This document shows, in pieces, positions 32,215 through 41,779 of a stretch of DNA of 64,000 nt. The DNA is from a virus. Under the pieces are notes generated by a model. That model saw nothing but the letters and a program-made list of their open reading frames with translations. It ran no database searches and was not told the DNA's origin. The first letter of the stretch is position 1; each line of letters begins with the position of its first letter. A program made the position numbers and the translations under genes. Location: IMG/VR virus record IMGVR_UViG_3300032282_004772; one strand, 5' to 3'.

Positions 32215-32439
32215 ATGAAAAATCTATTGTCTATCGTAATTGTAATTTGTTTTATGACCTCTTGTGCTCCAAAAGTAGTTCAACTAACCGATGGAAGAAT
32301 GATTACAAAGAAAAAAGAGACAAGGATGATTCATAAAGCGATGAAAACCGCGTATAAAAGTTTGTCAAAAGACCAAAAACAACTTTTATTTGAAGATGTT
32401 AATATTACTGTTGATACGCTTCATGTATCAGGAAATTAA
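32215..32439 (+). CDS. Small lipoprotein
   Basis: MKNLLSIVIVICFMTS-C lipobox-type signal peptide. Confidence 0.65.
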   Translation: MKNLLSIVIVICFMTSCAPKVVQLTDGRMITKKKETRMIHKAMKTAYKSLSKDQKQLLFEDVNITVDTLHVSGN

Positions 32440-33662
32440 ATTAATTTGAATATTTCGTCTTTCTTAACTCTAGTTGATTGTTTATTAAAGTAAAAGTCAA
32501 TTGGCATTAAAGCTTTAAGAGACCCATCATTATTTTTTATTACTTTCTTTTTCTCAATAAGATAATTAATATATCCATCTAAAGTTCCTGTACCTGTTGT
32601 AGAGTAGTATTTTATTTGTTTTATACTCCCTGTTGTTCCACTTGTGGTTCCACTTGTAGTTTGTCCTGCGGCATTTGGTTCTTCATCACCGGCATTCGCC
32701 TTTTCTGTTCCTTTTAGTATTGGGTTTCCGCATGGGTCTAAAACTAAAATAACTTTAGGTCCGTGTTCACCTCTATCCGCTCTAATTTCAGGGGTACATC
32801 CATCATATAAAACAGTACTTCCTTTTGATACTTTAACCCTTGGAGTACTAGAATGGCAATCACCTTCTTTATTTTGACAAACTGTTATTATTTCAATGTT
32901 TCTTGGGGTTTCTCCTATAACTTGCTTTGCCAATTCATTACTAACTTGTAATGGACCACTTGTTCTTGCACCGCCATCTTTCTTGTTGTTTAAATTTGCG
33001 ATACCAATTTTTGTTTGATTTAAATATACATCAAATAGGGCCGCATCACAAATATGTCGTTTACCACAAAGTTGTTTTGGGTCATAATAAACCTCAATTG
33101 TTAGTCCAACAATACATTCTGCGGGCGCTTGTATTTTTAATTCGACCTTAACAAATCTTTCTGTACTATATTGTTGTGATTTTGTAGGGTCATTCAAATC
33201 TTGAGGTCCCTTATATTCTGTTTGTCCTATTACAATCTCAGGAGCTTCGAATATTGGCATCTTGTCAATGTTTTTATTTGTAATCAAAGTTTCAAAATAT
33301 TTTGACAAATATTGTTTCATAGTCTCAGCTCGTTTTTGAGACAAATATCCTTGACCTACTTGTACTTTTGGTGATACTTCAGTATCATAATTTGTAACCT
33401 GTGATTCTCCTGCGGTTATTTTAATATAAACCACACTACCTTTATTTGCAATTAAAAATCTTGCGGCATTTTCAAGTTGTGGATTTATTTCATTTAATCC
33501 TTGTTGTGATATACTTTTCCATTTACCATTATCAAAAAAAGTTTGTCCTTGTATGGTTATTTCTTGTCGAGCCCCAGTAGGTTCATCTTCTTTTAATAAC
33601 CCATACATAGAAAGAATATCATTTCTTTCCTCTTCAGTTATTAAAAATCTTTTATTTTTCAT
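32436..33662 (-). CDS. Putative head protein with OmpA-C-like domain
   Basis: N-terminus RFLITEEER; FFDNG...IKITAGES...LSQKRAETMKQYL resembles OmpA/MotB C-domain. Confidence 0.5.
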   Translation of the reverse strand: MKNKRFLITEEERNDILSMYGLLKEDEPTGARQEITIQGQTFFDNGKWKSISQQGLNEINPQLENAARFLIANKGSVVYIKITAGESQVTNYDTEVSPKVQVGQGYLSQKRAETMKQYLSKYFETLITNKNIDKMPIFEAPEIVIGQTEYKGPQDLNDPTKSQQYSTERFVKVELKIQAPAECIVGLTIEVYYDPKQLCGKRHICDAALFDVYLNQTKIGIANLNNKKDGGARTSGPLQVSNELAKQVIGETPRNIEIITVCQNKEGDCHSSTPRVKVSKGSTVLYDGCTPEIRADRGEHGPKVILVLDPCGNPILKGTEKANAGDEEPNAAGQTTSGTTSGTTGSIKQIKYYSTTGTGTLDGYINYLIEKKKVIKNNDGSLKALMPIDFYFNKQSTRVKKDEIFKLI

Positions 33663-33700
33663 CACTTAATATATAAATATCAAGATTTATTAAAATACGT

Positions 33701-33733
33701 AAAAAAAAAAGGAGACAATTTCTTGTCTCCTTT
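33701..33733 (-). terminator. Terminator after major capsid gene
   Basis: GGAGACAA/TTGTCTCC stem with 10-nt U tract on the minus strand. Confidence 0.85.
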
Positions 33734-33753
33734 GTTATGATTTTAAGAATTAA

Positions 33754-35574
33754 TTATCTTAACTCTCTTAAATCGAATGTACGAACACCGTCCACTTGAA
33801 TACGTCCATAGAACCTGTTGTTCACCATTTTCTTAGCGTATCTAGTCATGATACCTTTGATTGGTGTAAAGTTAAATGGATTGTACATTGTAGGTGTTAA
33901 TTGTAGAGGTACATACGGAGCGTAGATGTAACCTGTGTCTAACAATGACGTACCTTTGTGTCCCATTAACACTGTGTTAGGTGGGAAATAAGGGTCACGA
34001 TAAACTTGGTAACGACCAGCTAAAGTACCTACTCTCTCAATACCCATGTTGTATTGGTCTTGCTCAGGTGAAGCGTTAGAAACGTGGAAGTATTCTAAGT
34101 CATCAAAGATAGCACTAATTTCAGATGATACAACAATCCAGTTAGCTCCACCACGAAGTGTTGACTTGTGAATTTGAGCAGATACTTGGTTGATTGCAGT
34201 AATCAATGTCTGATTCCAATCCTTCTGAGTATAAGAAGTTGTTTGAGATAATCTCTTCCATCCGTTGTAATCCCAACGTAATGTCCAAGCTGCACCTTTA
34301 CGTAAGTCACGTAAAATTTCACGGTCGATTTCAGCCGCCACTTGTTCAGACAATAAAGCCGTTAATTCAGCCTCAGCGTCGATGTTGTGGAATGCCGCAA
34401 CGTCCTGTGCTAATTCAGGTGACCATTGTGCTCTAAGTTTTCTTTCTGTAACAGAAACTGTTACTGACTCAAGGTCAAAAGAAACCTCACCAATTTTATC
34501 TTCAAACTCAAGTTCTTCATAACGTCTGTAAACAGCCGTGAAAGAACCTGTAGTTGCTACCGATGTTACACTTGTTCCAGTGTATCCGTCTAAAGAATCT
34601 GCTCCACAAGAAGCACATACAGGACACTGTAAATCTACTTCAAGGTAGATACATCCATCAGCTCCACAGATGTCGTAGAATTTACCACCATTTCCTGTAG
34701 AAGCGAAGTTAGTTTGATTCCATTGTCCATACTGAACAATACCTTTACCATATTGTTGTGTAACAACACGGAAAGGAAGTGCCGATGCAGTAAGGTCAGT
34801 ACATCCTGTTGCTGCATCTAATCCTGATGCCGCAATGATATAAAGGTCAGAAAGAAAAGCTTCAGAATCCATTTCATTACCGTCAGGTCCGATTAATTTA
34901 CCAGCACCTGTGTCAGCAAATCCACACATTTTGATAAGGATTTTTCTTACGTTTTTACCATCATATTCACCATCAGCATCAACTAATGAACCACCACTCC
35001 AAACCATAACAGTTGTATCAGAAGTGATAGCTGACCAACGACCTTTTGAATAATCAAAAAGACCTGCTGGGTCTAATGTAGGTTCAGCACCTTCATAGAA
35101 TAAATCATAAAGATTTTTCTTGTAATAGTTAGAACCACCGCCTGCAGGATATCCAGCATCTGGGTCTCCAGGGTAGTTACCAGGAGAACCTACAGGAGCG
35201 TAATGTTCACCTGAATAGTAAGTGTCAGCACTTACATAACCTTGGATACGTGGAACGAAGTAGAACAATTTACCGATAGGTAAGTTCATAGCTTGTACCG
35301 ATACGATATCGTTAGCTAAAAGTTTAGAGAATACCCTTCTTACGATAGGGAAAACTACTGTTTCAAACGAACCAGATGAATCTGTCGCTGAAGCTTCGTT
35401 GATTAAGAACGATGCTTGGTTTTCATATAACTGAGCAATGTTCTCTTTTAAGTGACCTTTAAGACCCTCAAGGAATCCTAATCTGTCCCATTTGTTAATT
35501 GTGTCTTCTTTGATAACCTTAAGGTGTTTCAAACCTATATTACCAACAAGACCGCTTTCTAATAATGCACCCAT
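33754..35574 (-). CDS. Major capsid protein (T4 gp23-like)
   Basis: VSVQAMNLPIG, RKLRAQWSPELAQD...DAEAEL, YAPYVPL, GIMTRY. Confidence 0.95.
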   Translation of the reverse strand: MGALLESGLVGNIGLKHLKVIKEDTINKWDRLGFLEGLKGHLKENIAQLYENQASFLINEASATDSSGSFETVVFPIVRRVFSKLLANDIVSVQAMNLPIGKLFYFVPRIQGYVSADTYYSGEHYAPVGSPGNYPGDPDAGYPAGGGSNYYKKNLYDLFYEGAEPTLDPAGLFDYSKGRWSAITSDTTVMVWSGGSLVDADGEYDGKNVRKILIKMCGFADTGAGKLIGPDGNEMDSEAFLSDLYIIAASGLDAATGCTDLTASALPFRVVTQQYGKGIVQYGQWNQTNFASTGNGGKFYDICGADGCIYLEVDLQCPVCASCGADSLDGYTGTSVTSVATTGSFTAVYRRYEELEFEDKIGEVSFDLESVTVSVTERKLRAQWSPELAQDVAAFHNIDAEAELTALLSEQVAAEIDREILRDLRKGAAWTLRWDYNGWKRLSQTTSYTQKDWNQTLITAINQVSAQIHKSTLRGGANWIVVSSEISAIFDDLEYFHVSNASPEQDQYNMGIERVGTLAGRYQVYRDPYFPPNTVLMGHKGTSLLDTGYIYAPYVPLQLTPTMYNPFNFTPIKGIMTRYAKKMVNNRFYGRIQVDGVRTFDLRELR

Positions 35575-35597
35575 TGTGTATTTTTTTTTAGTTTAGT

Positions 35598-37229
35598 TTA
35601 TTTAATCATTTTAGACATTAAGTCTTTCATTCTCATGAATTGAGGATTTTCGTATGTTTTTGACTCAATTAAATTAGCAGCTGAACCTGAAGATGGAGTT
35701 CTTTCCATTTTTTCTTGAAGTGACTCCTTCACTACAGTTGCACTGCCCTGAGATGATAACTCGTCTTTTATTGTTTTGTAAAGAGATTTAGACTCTTTTA
35801 AAGATTCAACCGAATCAAATCTTCTTAAGATGTTGATTTTTTCTTGCTTAGTTGTAGAATGTTCAGTAAACAATCTTGTTGCATATGCAAGATTTGAGTT
35901 AAATACCGCAACTTCAGTCAATTTATCTCTGAAAACATTTAATGCTTTTCTATATTCCTCATTTCTTTCTCTTAGAATATTTAATTCATTATCAACATTT
36001 TCAACACGTAAATGACGTGGAGCTGCTTTTGGTTTTGGTAAACCTTTCTTTCCAAAGAATTTGCCTGAACCTAGAGTTCTTGAAGCCTCAGCAGTTTCAC
36101 CACCTTTTTTAACTGGTTTCATTGTCATTTTCTTAACCTCTTTGTATTCGAATTTTGGTTTACCCATTCCAACACCTTTTGGTTTAATAGACTTCATTCC
36201 TTCTTTAGTTTCAATCTTTTTGGATTCTGTGGTTTCTTTTTCAGTAACTCCGTGTTTTAAAGTTTTAGGATATACCTTTTTAGGTTTACCCATTCCAACA
36301 CCTTTTGGTTTGAATCCTTCTTTTGTTTCAAATTTTATCGCTTCGGCGACCCTTGACCACGTTTCGTCCATGTCTTCATCCATTTCTTCGTCCATGTCTT
36401 CATCCATTTCTTCGTCCATGTCTTCATCCATTTCTTCGTCCATATCTTCGTCCATATCTTCACCTAATTCGATTTCATAAACGATTTCGTCATCGTCAAA
36501 CATTTCGTTATCATCATCGGATGTGAAAATATCAGAGAAATCAACTGTCTCTCTGCTCCAAGGTTTCATTTTTTTAGAGTCTTTGCCTAAAGGTTCGTCA
36601 CCATCTTCATAATATTGTTCATCCATGTCTTCTTCTAATTCAGAATTTTCCATGTACTCTTCTAAACCTTCTTCAGTTGGTTCAGAATCATTAGCAAGAC
36701 CACCCTCAGCAGAAGGTAGACTTTCGCCCAATGAAATTTTATAATGAACATCTTCATTTTCATCGTCTAAATCGATTGTGTCTCCGTCTTTTGTAACAAT
36801 GATTCCGTCCTCATCTTTCATTCGTTTGAAAACTTTTAATACTTCTTCAGGAGAAGCATTTCTCAAATCAACATAAGAATCGTCATCATCAGACATCATA
36901 CCCATATCTGACATATCCATGTCAGACATATCGGACAAATCATCTTCATCATCGGATGGTAATTCATCATCTGTATCCTCTAAATCAGTATCCTCTAAGT
37001 CTTCGTCACCGATTTCGGTTTCGTCCTCATCTTCTTCAAGAGAGTTATAAGAGTTATCCAATTCAAGGTCAGAATCTTCTTCAGTTTCAGTCAATGACTC
37101 TTTTACTAGTTCGCCGATTTCTTCCTTCATAGTTGAAGCAAGTATTCCTTTTGCATTTTCAGCAACTACTGTTTCCAAACTTTTCATTTGGATTAGTGCC
37201 TCTTCTACAAGATTTTGTTTTTCTGCCAT
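35598..37229 (-). CDS. Prohead core scaffold protein (gp22-like)
   Basis: Highly acidic, coiled-coil C-terminus, many x-x-E cleavage-like motifs, immediately upstream of the capsid gene. Confidence 0.75.
   Translation of the reverse strand: MAEKQNLVEEALIQMKSLETVVAENAKGILASTMKEEIGELVKESLTETEEDSDLELDNSYNSLEEDEDETEIGDEDLEDTDLEDTDDELPSDDEDDLSDMSDMDMSDMGMMSDDDDSYVDLRNASPEEVLKVFKRMKDEDGIIVTKDGDTIDLDDENEDVHYKISLGESLPSAEGGLANDSEPTEEGLEEYMENSELEEDMDEQYYEDGDEPLGKDSKKMKPWSRETVDFSDIFTSDDDNEMFDDDEIVYEIELGEDMDEDMDEEMDEDMDEEMDEDMDEEMDEDMDETWSRVAEAIKFETKEGFKPKGVGMGKPKKVYPKTLKHGVTEKETTESKKIETKEGMKSIKPKGVGMGKPKFEYKEVKKMTMKPVKKGGETAEASRTLGSGKFFGKKGLPKPKAAPRHLRVENVDNELNILRERNEEYRKALNVFRDKLTEVAVFNSNLAYATRLFTEHSTTKQEKINILRRFDSVESLKESKSLYKTIKDELSSQGSATVVKESLQEKMERTPSSGSAANLIESKTYENPQFMRMKDLMSKMIK
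36363..36461. repeat. Tandem 24-nt repeat (DMDEEMDE) in scaffold gene
   Basis: TTCGTCCATGTCTTCATCCATTTC x3 plus 12-nt variants. Confidence 0.9.
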
Positions 37230-37395
37230 TTTTGGTTTTTATTTTTTATATAAATATTTCCAAATAACAAAAAAGTATGATTTTTGCATATTTGCAATCA
37301 AAACTTTTTTATTACCTCATTTATTTTGAAATTTTTGAACTTTTTATATATAAAAAAAATTCATAGTTTCTAATAGAATAAATATTACTGAAAAT

Positions 37396-37423
37396 AAAAA
37401 AGGAGGGTTATGACCCTCCTTTT
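37396..37423. terminator. Rho-independent terminator
   Basis: AAAAGGAGGGT-TATG-ACCCTCCTTTT. Confidence 0.8.
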
Positions 37424-37443
37424 GTTAAAAAATATATAATTTT

Positions 37444-37653
37444 TTATTCTATGACCTCATCGATTTTACTTTCAGATACTGATGTTATTCTCCATTCTTG
37501 GGAGAACCCTTCATATCTTTTTGTGATTTTAGCCTCAACATCAGTTACAGAATATCCTTTAACTAATTTTTCTTCTCTAATTTTTTTTATTTTTCCAGAA
37601 TCTTCATCTGGCATGGTGTACATGATTTTTGCGATAAAATATTTTTCGTCCAT
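37444..37653 (-). CDS. DUF4494-like small protein
   Basis: YFIAKIMY...GKIKKIREEKLVKGYSVTDVEAKI resembles the Bacteroidota DUF4494 repeat. Confidence 0.6.
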   Translation of the reverse strand: MDEKYFIAKIMYTMPDEDSGKIKKIREEKLVKGYSVTDVEAKITKRYEGFSQEWRITSVSESKIDEVIE

Positions 37654-37701
37654 AGTTTTTTATTTTAAATATAAAATAACCAAACTTAAAAGTCAAATAT
37701 C

Positions 37702-38430
37702 TTATTTACCTAAATAATCAGTTAATCTTTTCATTAAGTCAACGGACTTATCTATCGACTTAGATTCCATACCTGTTGTACGAGACATTTTAAATTTATT
37801 TTCTTCTTCTAAATTCTCATCATATTTTACTCTGTCATCAGGATTTAAAAACAAATAAGCACCAGGAGTAGACGGAGAAGAAACCAAGTCAAAACAAATT
37901 AACTCAAAATCATCCTGTACTTCATTTTGGTCGCCTTTTTTCGCTAAAGAACCAACACCTCTTGAAGATATACCTAATGTAACTCCTTGTCTTAAATAGT
38001 TCGCAGCCATATCACCTTTACATGATATAACACCTCTTTCATGAAACCCTGGTGAAGTTAAAAGTTTTAATTTTCCCATTAAAACATTTCCTTCCCACCA
38101 TACGTCTGTAATAACATGAGAAACTCTATCCAAATCAATCAATGAAGATTCAGGGTGATTTAATTCGGATAGAGCGGTTCCTTTCTTTATTGCATTTTTA
38201 TAATTTTCCGCCTCTCTTTTTAATATTTTTTCAGGGTATACCCTTCCATTTCTATTTGGAGTATTATATTTTTGTAGAACTGCGTAAAACTCAAATGGTT
38301 TTGAGTAATCTAAAAAATTTTTAGATTCTTTAATTACTTTAGAATTTAATTCATCGTTTGGTGATACATACCCTGCATCCCATTCAATTAACAAACCTTT
38401 TCCTATATCGTTTGGACCTAGTATATTCAT
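37702..38430 (-). CDS. Prohead core protease (T4 gp21-like)
   Basis: NRNGRVYP, SELNHP, VSH, GISSRGVGS, FDLVSSPS. Confidence 0.95.
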   Translation of the reverse strand: MNILGPNDIGKGLLIEWDAGYVSPNDELNSKVIKESKNFLDYSKPFEFYAVLQKYNTPNRNGRVYPEKILKREAENYKNAIKKGTALSELNHPESSLIDLDRVSHVITDVWWEGNVLMGKLKLLTSPGFHERGVISCKGDMAANYLRQGVTLGISSRGVGSLAKKGDQNEVQDDFELICFDLVSSPSTPGAYLFLNPDDRVKYDENLEEENKFKMSRTTGMESKSIDKSVDLMKRLTDYLGK

Positions 38431-38480
38431 TATTTTTCTTTATAAATAAATATACCTAATGTGGAGTATTGTAACTTATT

Positions 38481-38921
38481 TTAAACGATTTGTTTTTTTG
38501 TTAATGAAAATGTGAAATTTTGGTTTCCTCTAAATATATTTTTTACGACACCTGTGGTTATTTTTTTTATTGATGATTTAATTTCCTTTGACTTAAAATC
38601 TAATTTTGGATTCTTTACATAAAAATAGCATTCCAAATTTAAAAATGATTTTTTTCCTTTTTGTATCCCACTAGACCTTAAATCCAAATCTACTATAAAA
38701 TTTTCATCAAAAATTTCTTTATCTATATAATCTAAAATTGATATTTTTATTAATCTTGATAAATTATTTACAACTCTATTTGCGTTCTCTATTTCGTGTT
38801 TTGGCTCTGCCCAAGTTTGTATATTTAAATAAATTGATTTTAAATTTTTGGAATCGACTGTTCCATAATTAACTTTGTAAGTGCGATATCCTGATAGTTT
38901 CGAGCTCTTCCCTTTTTTCAT
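38481..38921 (-). CDS. Hypothetical protein
   Basis: 146 aa ORF. Confidence 0.6.
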   Translation of the reverse strand: MKKGKSSKLSGYRTYKVNYGTVDSKNLKSIYLNIQTWAEPKHEIENANRVVNNLSRLIKISILDYIDKEIFDENFIVDLDLRSSGIQKGKKSFLNLECYFYVKNPKLDFKSKEIKSSIKKITTGVVKNIFRGNQNFTFSLTKKQIV

Positions 38922-39019
38922 GCTTTTTCATATTGTTCACGTTTATTTTTTAAAAAAATAATCAATAAATGTTATCTTGTCAAAAAAATTTTGTAATATT
39001 GCCTATATAGGTATACAAT

Positions 39020-39208
39020 ATGTTAATAGTAAAAATAGAAAACAAACAGACTTTAGAAAAAGTCTTAAAAAATTTAAAAGGTAAGGTAATTAAAACTAAG
39101 CAAAATGAACAGCTTAAGGAAAGAAAAAATTATACTCCTAAATCCGTAAAAAAAAGAAACAATAAATTAAAATCGATTTATAGACAAAAATTTATAGATT
39201 TTCATTAA
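39020..39208 (+). CDS. rpsU: Ribosomal protein bS21
   Basis: MLIVKI..LEKVLK..K.K..KT...LKERKNYTPKSVKKR...Y54; 62 aa, basic; antisense within the head module as in known bS21 phages. Confidence 0.85.
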   Translation: MLIVKIENKQTLEKVLKNLKGKVIKTKQNEQLKERKNYTPKSVKKRNNKLKSIYRQKFIDFH

Positions 39209-39902
39209 GTCCTTTTAATTTTAATAAAGATAATGAATCTACCTTATCAGATTTGATTTTAGTAACAGTTTCTTGAATTCTATTTTTAACTTCTAATTCA
39301 GATTCATTAGATATTTTTTCCAATTTTTCAATGACCATTTCACTTAAAAATTCATATCTTTGATTTAAATCATCTTGACTTAAAGTTGCATATTTTTGTA
39401 TCTCCTTTAATTCAGACTCATTAAGATTAGATAAATAATTTTTTAAAGTAGTATTTGCCACCTCAACCATTTTATTCAATGGAATTTTAATTGGTTCCGA
39501 TTTAGATTCTTTTTTTGTTAAATTTGAAATTATATTATTTTTTGCCGAAATAATATTTTCAACTATAAATGTATTCTTAGAAAACACTGTATCAATATCT
39601 TTATATTGGTTTTCACATTTAATTCCTTTTACCCAATTTTCAAGTCTTAATATTTTTTTTGGATTAACTTTAACTAAGTTATATAAACTTATTGATTCGT
39701 CTAAAAAGTCTTCAGCAAAAGATTCTTTAAATCCTTTTTCTTTGCTTAGCTCATTATAGAGATGATAAATTTTACTAATTTCTTTATCTTCTAAAACTAA
39801 CTTTTTAAAAGTTTTAATTTCTTTGTTGAAAGTTTTATTTTTATAAGATTCAACAAGTCTTGTCTCTATTTTTGATTTTAATAATCCGAATTCCATAGTC
39901 AT
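39192..39902 (-). CDS. Hypothetical head-module protein
   Basis: ORF downstream of portal; start placed after the TATTTAT motif. Confidence 0.6.
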   Translation of the reverse strand: MTMEFGLLKSKIETRLVESYKNKTFNKEIKTFKKLVLEDKEISKIYHLYNELSKEKGFKESFAEDFLDESISLYNLVKVNPKKILRLENWVKGIKCENQYKDIDTVFSKNTFIVENIISAKNNIISNLTKKESKSEPIKIPLNKMVEVANTTLKNYLSNLNESELKEIQKYATLSQDDLNQRYEFLSEMVIEKLEKISNESELEVKNRIQETVTKIKSDKVDSLSLLKLKGLNENL

Positions 39903-39919
39903 AAGTTTAATAATAAATA

Positions 39920-41743
39920 TCAACTTCTGAGTATTTTATTCAATTGTTCTTCCATATCGCCTAAAGAAGTTCTTGCTTTTGATAAATCGATATAAGAATC
40001 CTCTTCTAACATATCGTTAGACTCTAATAAAATATTCAAATCTCTCTTTGAAATTGACTCAGGGGTTACTCCCGCTTCACCTCCTGGAGGGGTTTCTCCT
40101 CCCGCTGGCGGGGTAGGACCTGAAGATGTTGGTGTTGCACCTGCAGGCTCACTTTCTCCTCCAACTGAGGTTTCTCCACCCGTTGTGCCTGATGTACTTC
40201 CATATAGTTTATCTATATTTGCAAATATTCCTGTTTTTTGAATAACATTAGGAGTATTCTCAAGTTCTTTAGCAACCGCTCTTTCTATTCTTTGTTGTTG
40301 TAAATCAAGTTTAATTTCTTCATCAGAAAATCCTAAAACATGTTTTTTAGCCCACGATGTAGATACAGGTGCGATTCCTTCAATTGCGGTAACTGCGTCT
40401 TTGTATAATAATATTTTTTCTTTCCAAACGTCAACTTTTAATAAATCTGCCTGAGTTGAAGGATTTGTTAATGATAATGTAAAGTTTGATAGTTCATCCT
40501 CAAATCCTAATAAGAATAAATGAATGATGGCAATCTTATTTAATTCTGCCAACATACTTTTTTGAATTCTATTTATAGTTCTTGCAAATCTAATATCTTG
40601 TAATGATAAATTTTTTCCATCTCCGGTTGTTTCTTCAAAACCTAAAAACGCCTTTGGTACTCTTAACGCGGTTAATAATTTCTTTTGAATGTATTCTATA
40701 TCGGCAATCTCAGATAAATTTTGAGCGCCAGGAAGAGTATCAATTGGGTTTGGTTGTGCCGGGTCTCTAACGGGAACAAAGTAGTCTTGGTCTACCGCCA
40801 TTTGATTAAACCTCAAATCAACATTACCTGTTTTATTGTCAACAACTTGGTCTCTCTTAAATTTATTTGCAACACGTTGTACATACGCTTCAACATCTTT
40901 GTCGTCCATATTTCCAACAAACACTTTAAAGATTCTTCTTTCAGGAGCTCTTGATGTTCTATAAATCAACATGGCGTCTTCCGAGAGTAACAATTGTTTC
41001 CAAATTCTTCTCGCCTTTTCTAGCATTGAAGTTCCATATGGAAGTTTTCTATCATCACCTAACAAACGGAAATGAGCGATTTCCCATGTGTTAAAATCCA
41101 TATCTCTATTTTTCCACGCAAATTTTAACGCCTTTTGTTCGGATTCATTTTTTTCCATATTGGTTTTACCCTTCATTCCTCTCTCAATCCTTTCTATCTC
41201 AATGTTAGGTAATTGCATACATCCGACAACACCTTTTTCAGGGTCTAATTTTAAGTAGACAAAGTTGTCACCATATTTACAAGTATTTCTTGTCCACATG
41301 GCTAAATTTGTATTAATATCTAATGAATTATTAAATAAGTCAGTTAAAACTGATTTAATACGTTTTGACTCTGAATATATCTGTAAAATATAACCATTTT
41401 GGTCTGCCGTTGTTGATTCCTCTGCGTATATATCCAAAGCAGCTGAAATCTCAGGAGTATATTCCATAGATTCATAATCATAATAAGATGCCAATCTTGT
41501 TGGCTCAAAATAAACACCTTGGGTATATAGATTATTTTCTACTTTAGTCCATTGATTCGCTAAATAAAAGGTTTGTTGAGCCTGTAATTTGGACTTTTCA
41601 TACTCTTGTTTGTTTGTGGTTTTAAGTAACTCTTTTCTATCGTATTTAAAAACAGGATAATCTTGTCCGAGTAAAGAATTTGGGCCAAAAGTTTGCGATA
41701 ACCTTTGCCAAATCGTTAAATTATTTTTATTATCTTCAGCCAT
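39920..41743 (-). CDS. Portal protein (T4 gp20-like)
   Basis: PEISAALD, EDAMLIYRTSRAPERRIFKVFVGN, IDTLPGAQNL, DIRFARTI. Confidence 0.95.
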   Translation of the reverse strand: MAEDNKNNLTIWQRLSQTFGPNSLLGQDYPVFKYDRKELLKTTNKQEYEKSKLQAQQTFYLANQWTKVENNLYTQGVYFEPTRLASYYDYESMEYTPEISAALDIYAEESTTADQNGYILQIYSESKRIKSVLTDLFNNSLDINTNLAMWTRNTCKYGDNFVYLKLDPEKGVVGCMQLPNIEIERIERGMKGKTNMEKNESEQKALKFAWKNRDMDFNTWEIAHFRLLGDDRKLPYGTSMLEKARRIWKQLLLSEDAMLIYRTSRAPERRIFKVFVGNMDDKDVEAYVQRVANKFKRDQVVDNKTGNVDLRFNQMAVDQDYFVPVRDPAQPNPIDTLPGAQNLSEIADIEYIQKKLLTALRVPKAFLGFEETTGDGKNLSLQDIRFARTINRIQKSMLAELNKIAIIHLFLLGFEDELSNFTLSLTNPSTQADLLKVDVWKEKILLYKDAVTAIEGIAPVSTSWAKKHVLGFSDEEIKLDLQQQRIERAVAKELENTPNVIQKTGIFANIDKLYGSTSGTTGGETSVGGESEPAGATPTSSGPTPPAGGETPPGGEAGVTPESISKRDLNILLESNDMLEEDSYIDLSKARTSLGDMEEQLNKILRS

Positions 41744-41779
41744 ATTGTAATTTTAATCAAATATTATTATTTATAAAGG

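Noticed and set aside
36363-36461. Tandem repeat as a possible CRISPR array
   Set aside because: No spacers; it is an in-frame coding repeat. No CRISPR array was seen elsewhere in the window
35830-36526. Plus-strand ORFs with SSSISSSM and RPCLHPFL repeats
   Set aside because: Antisense read-through of the scaffold tandem repeat
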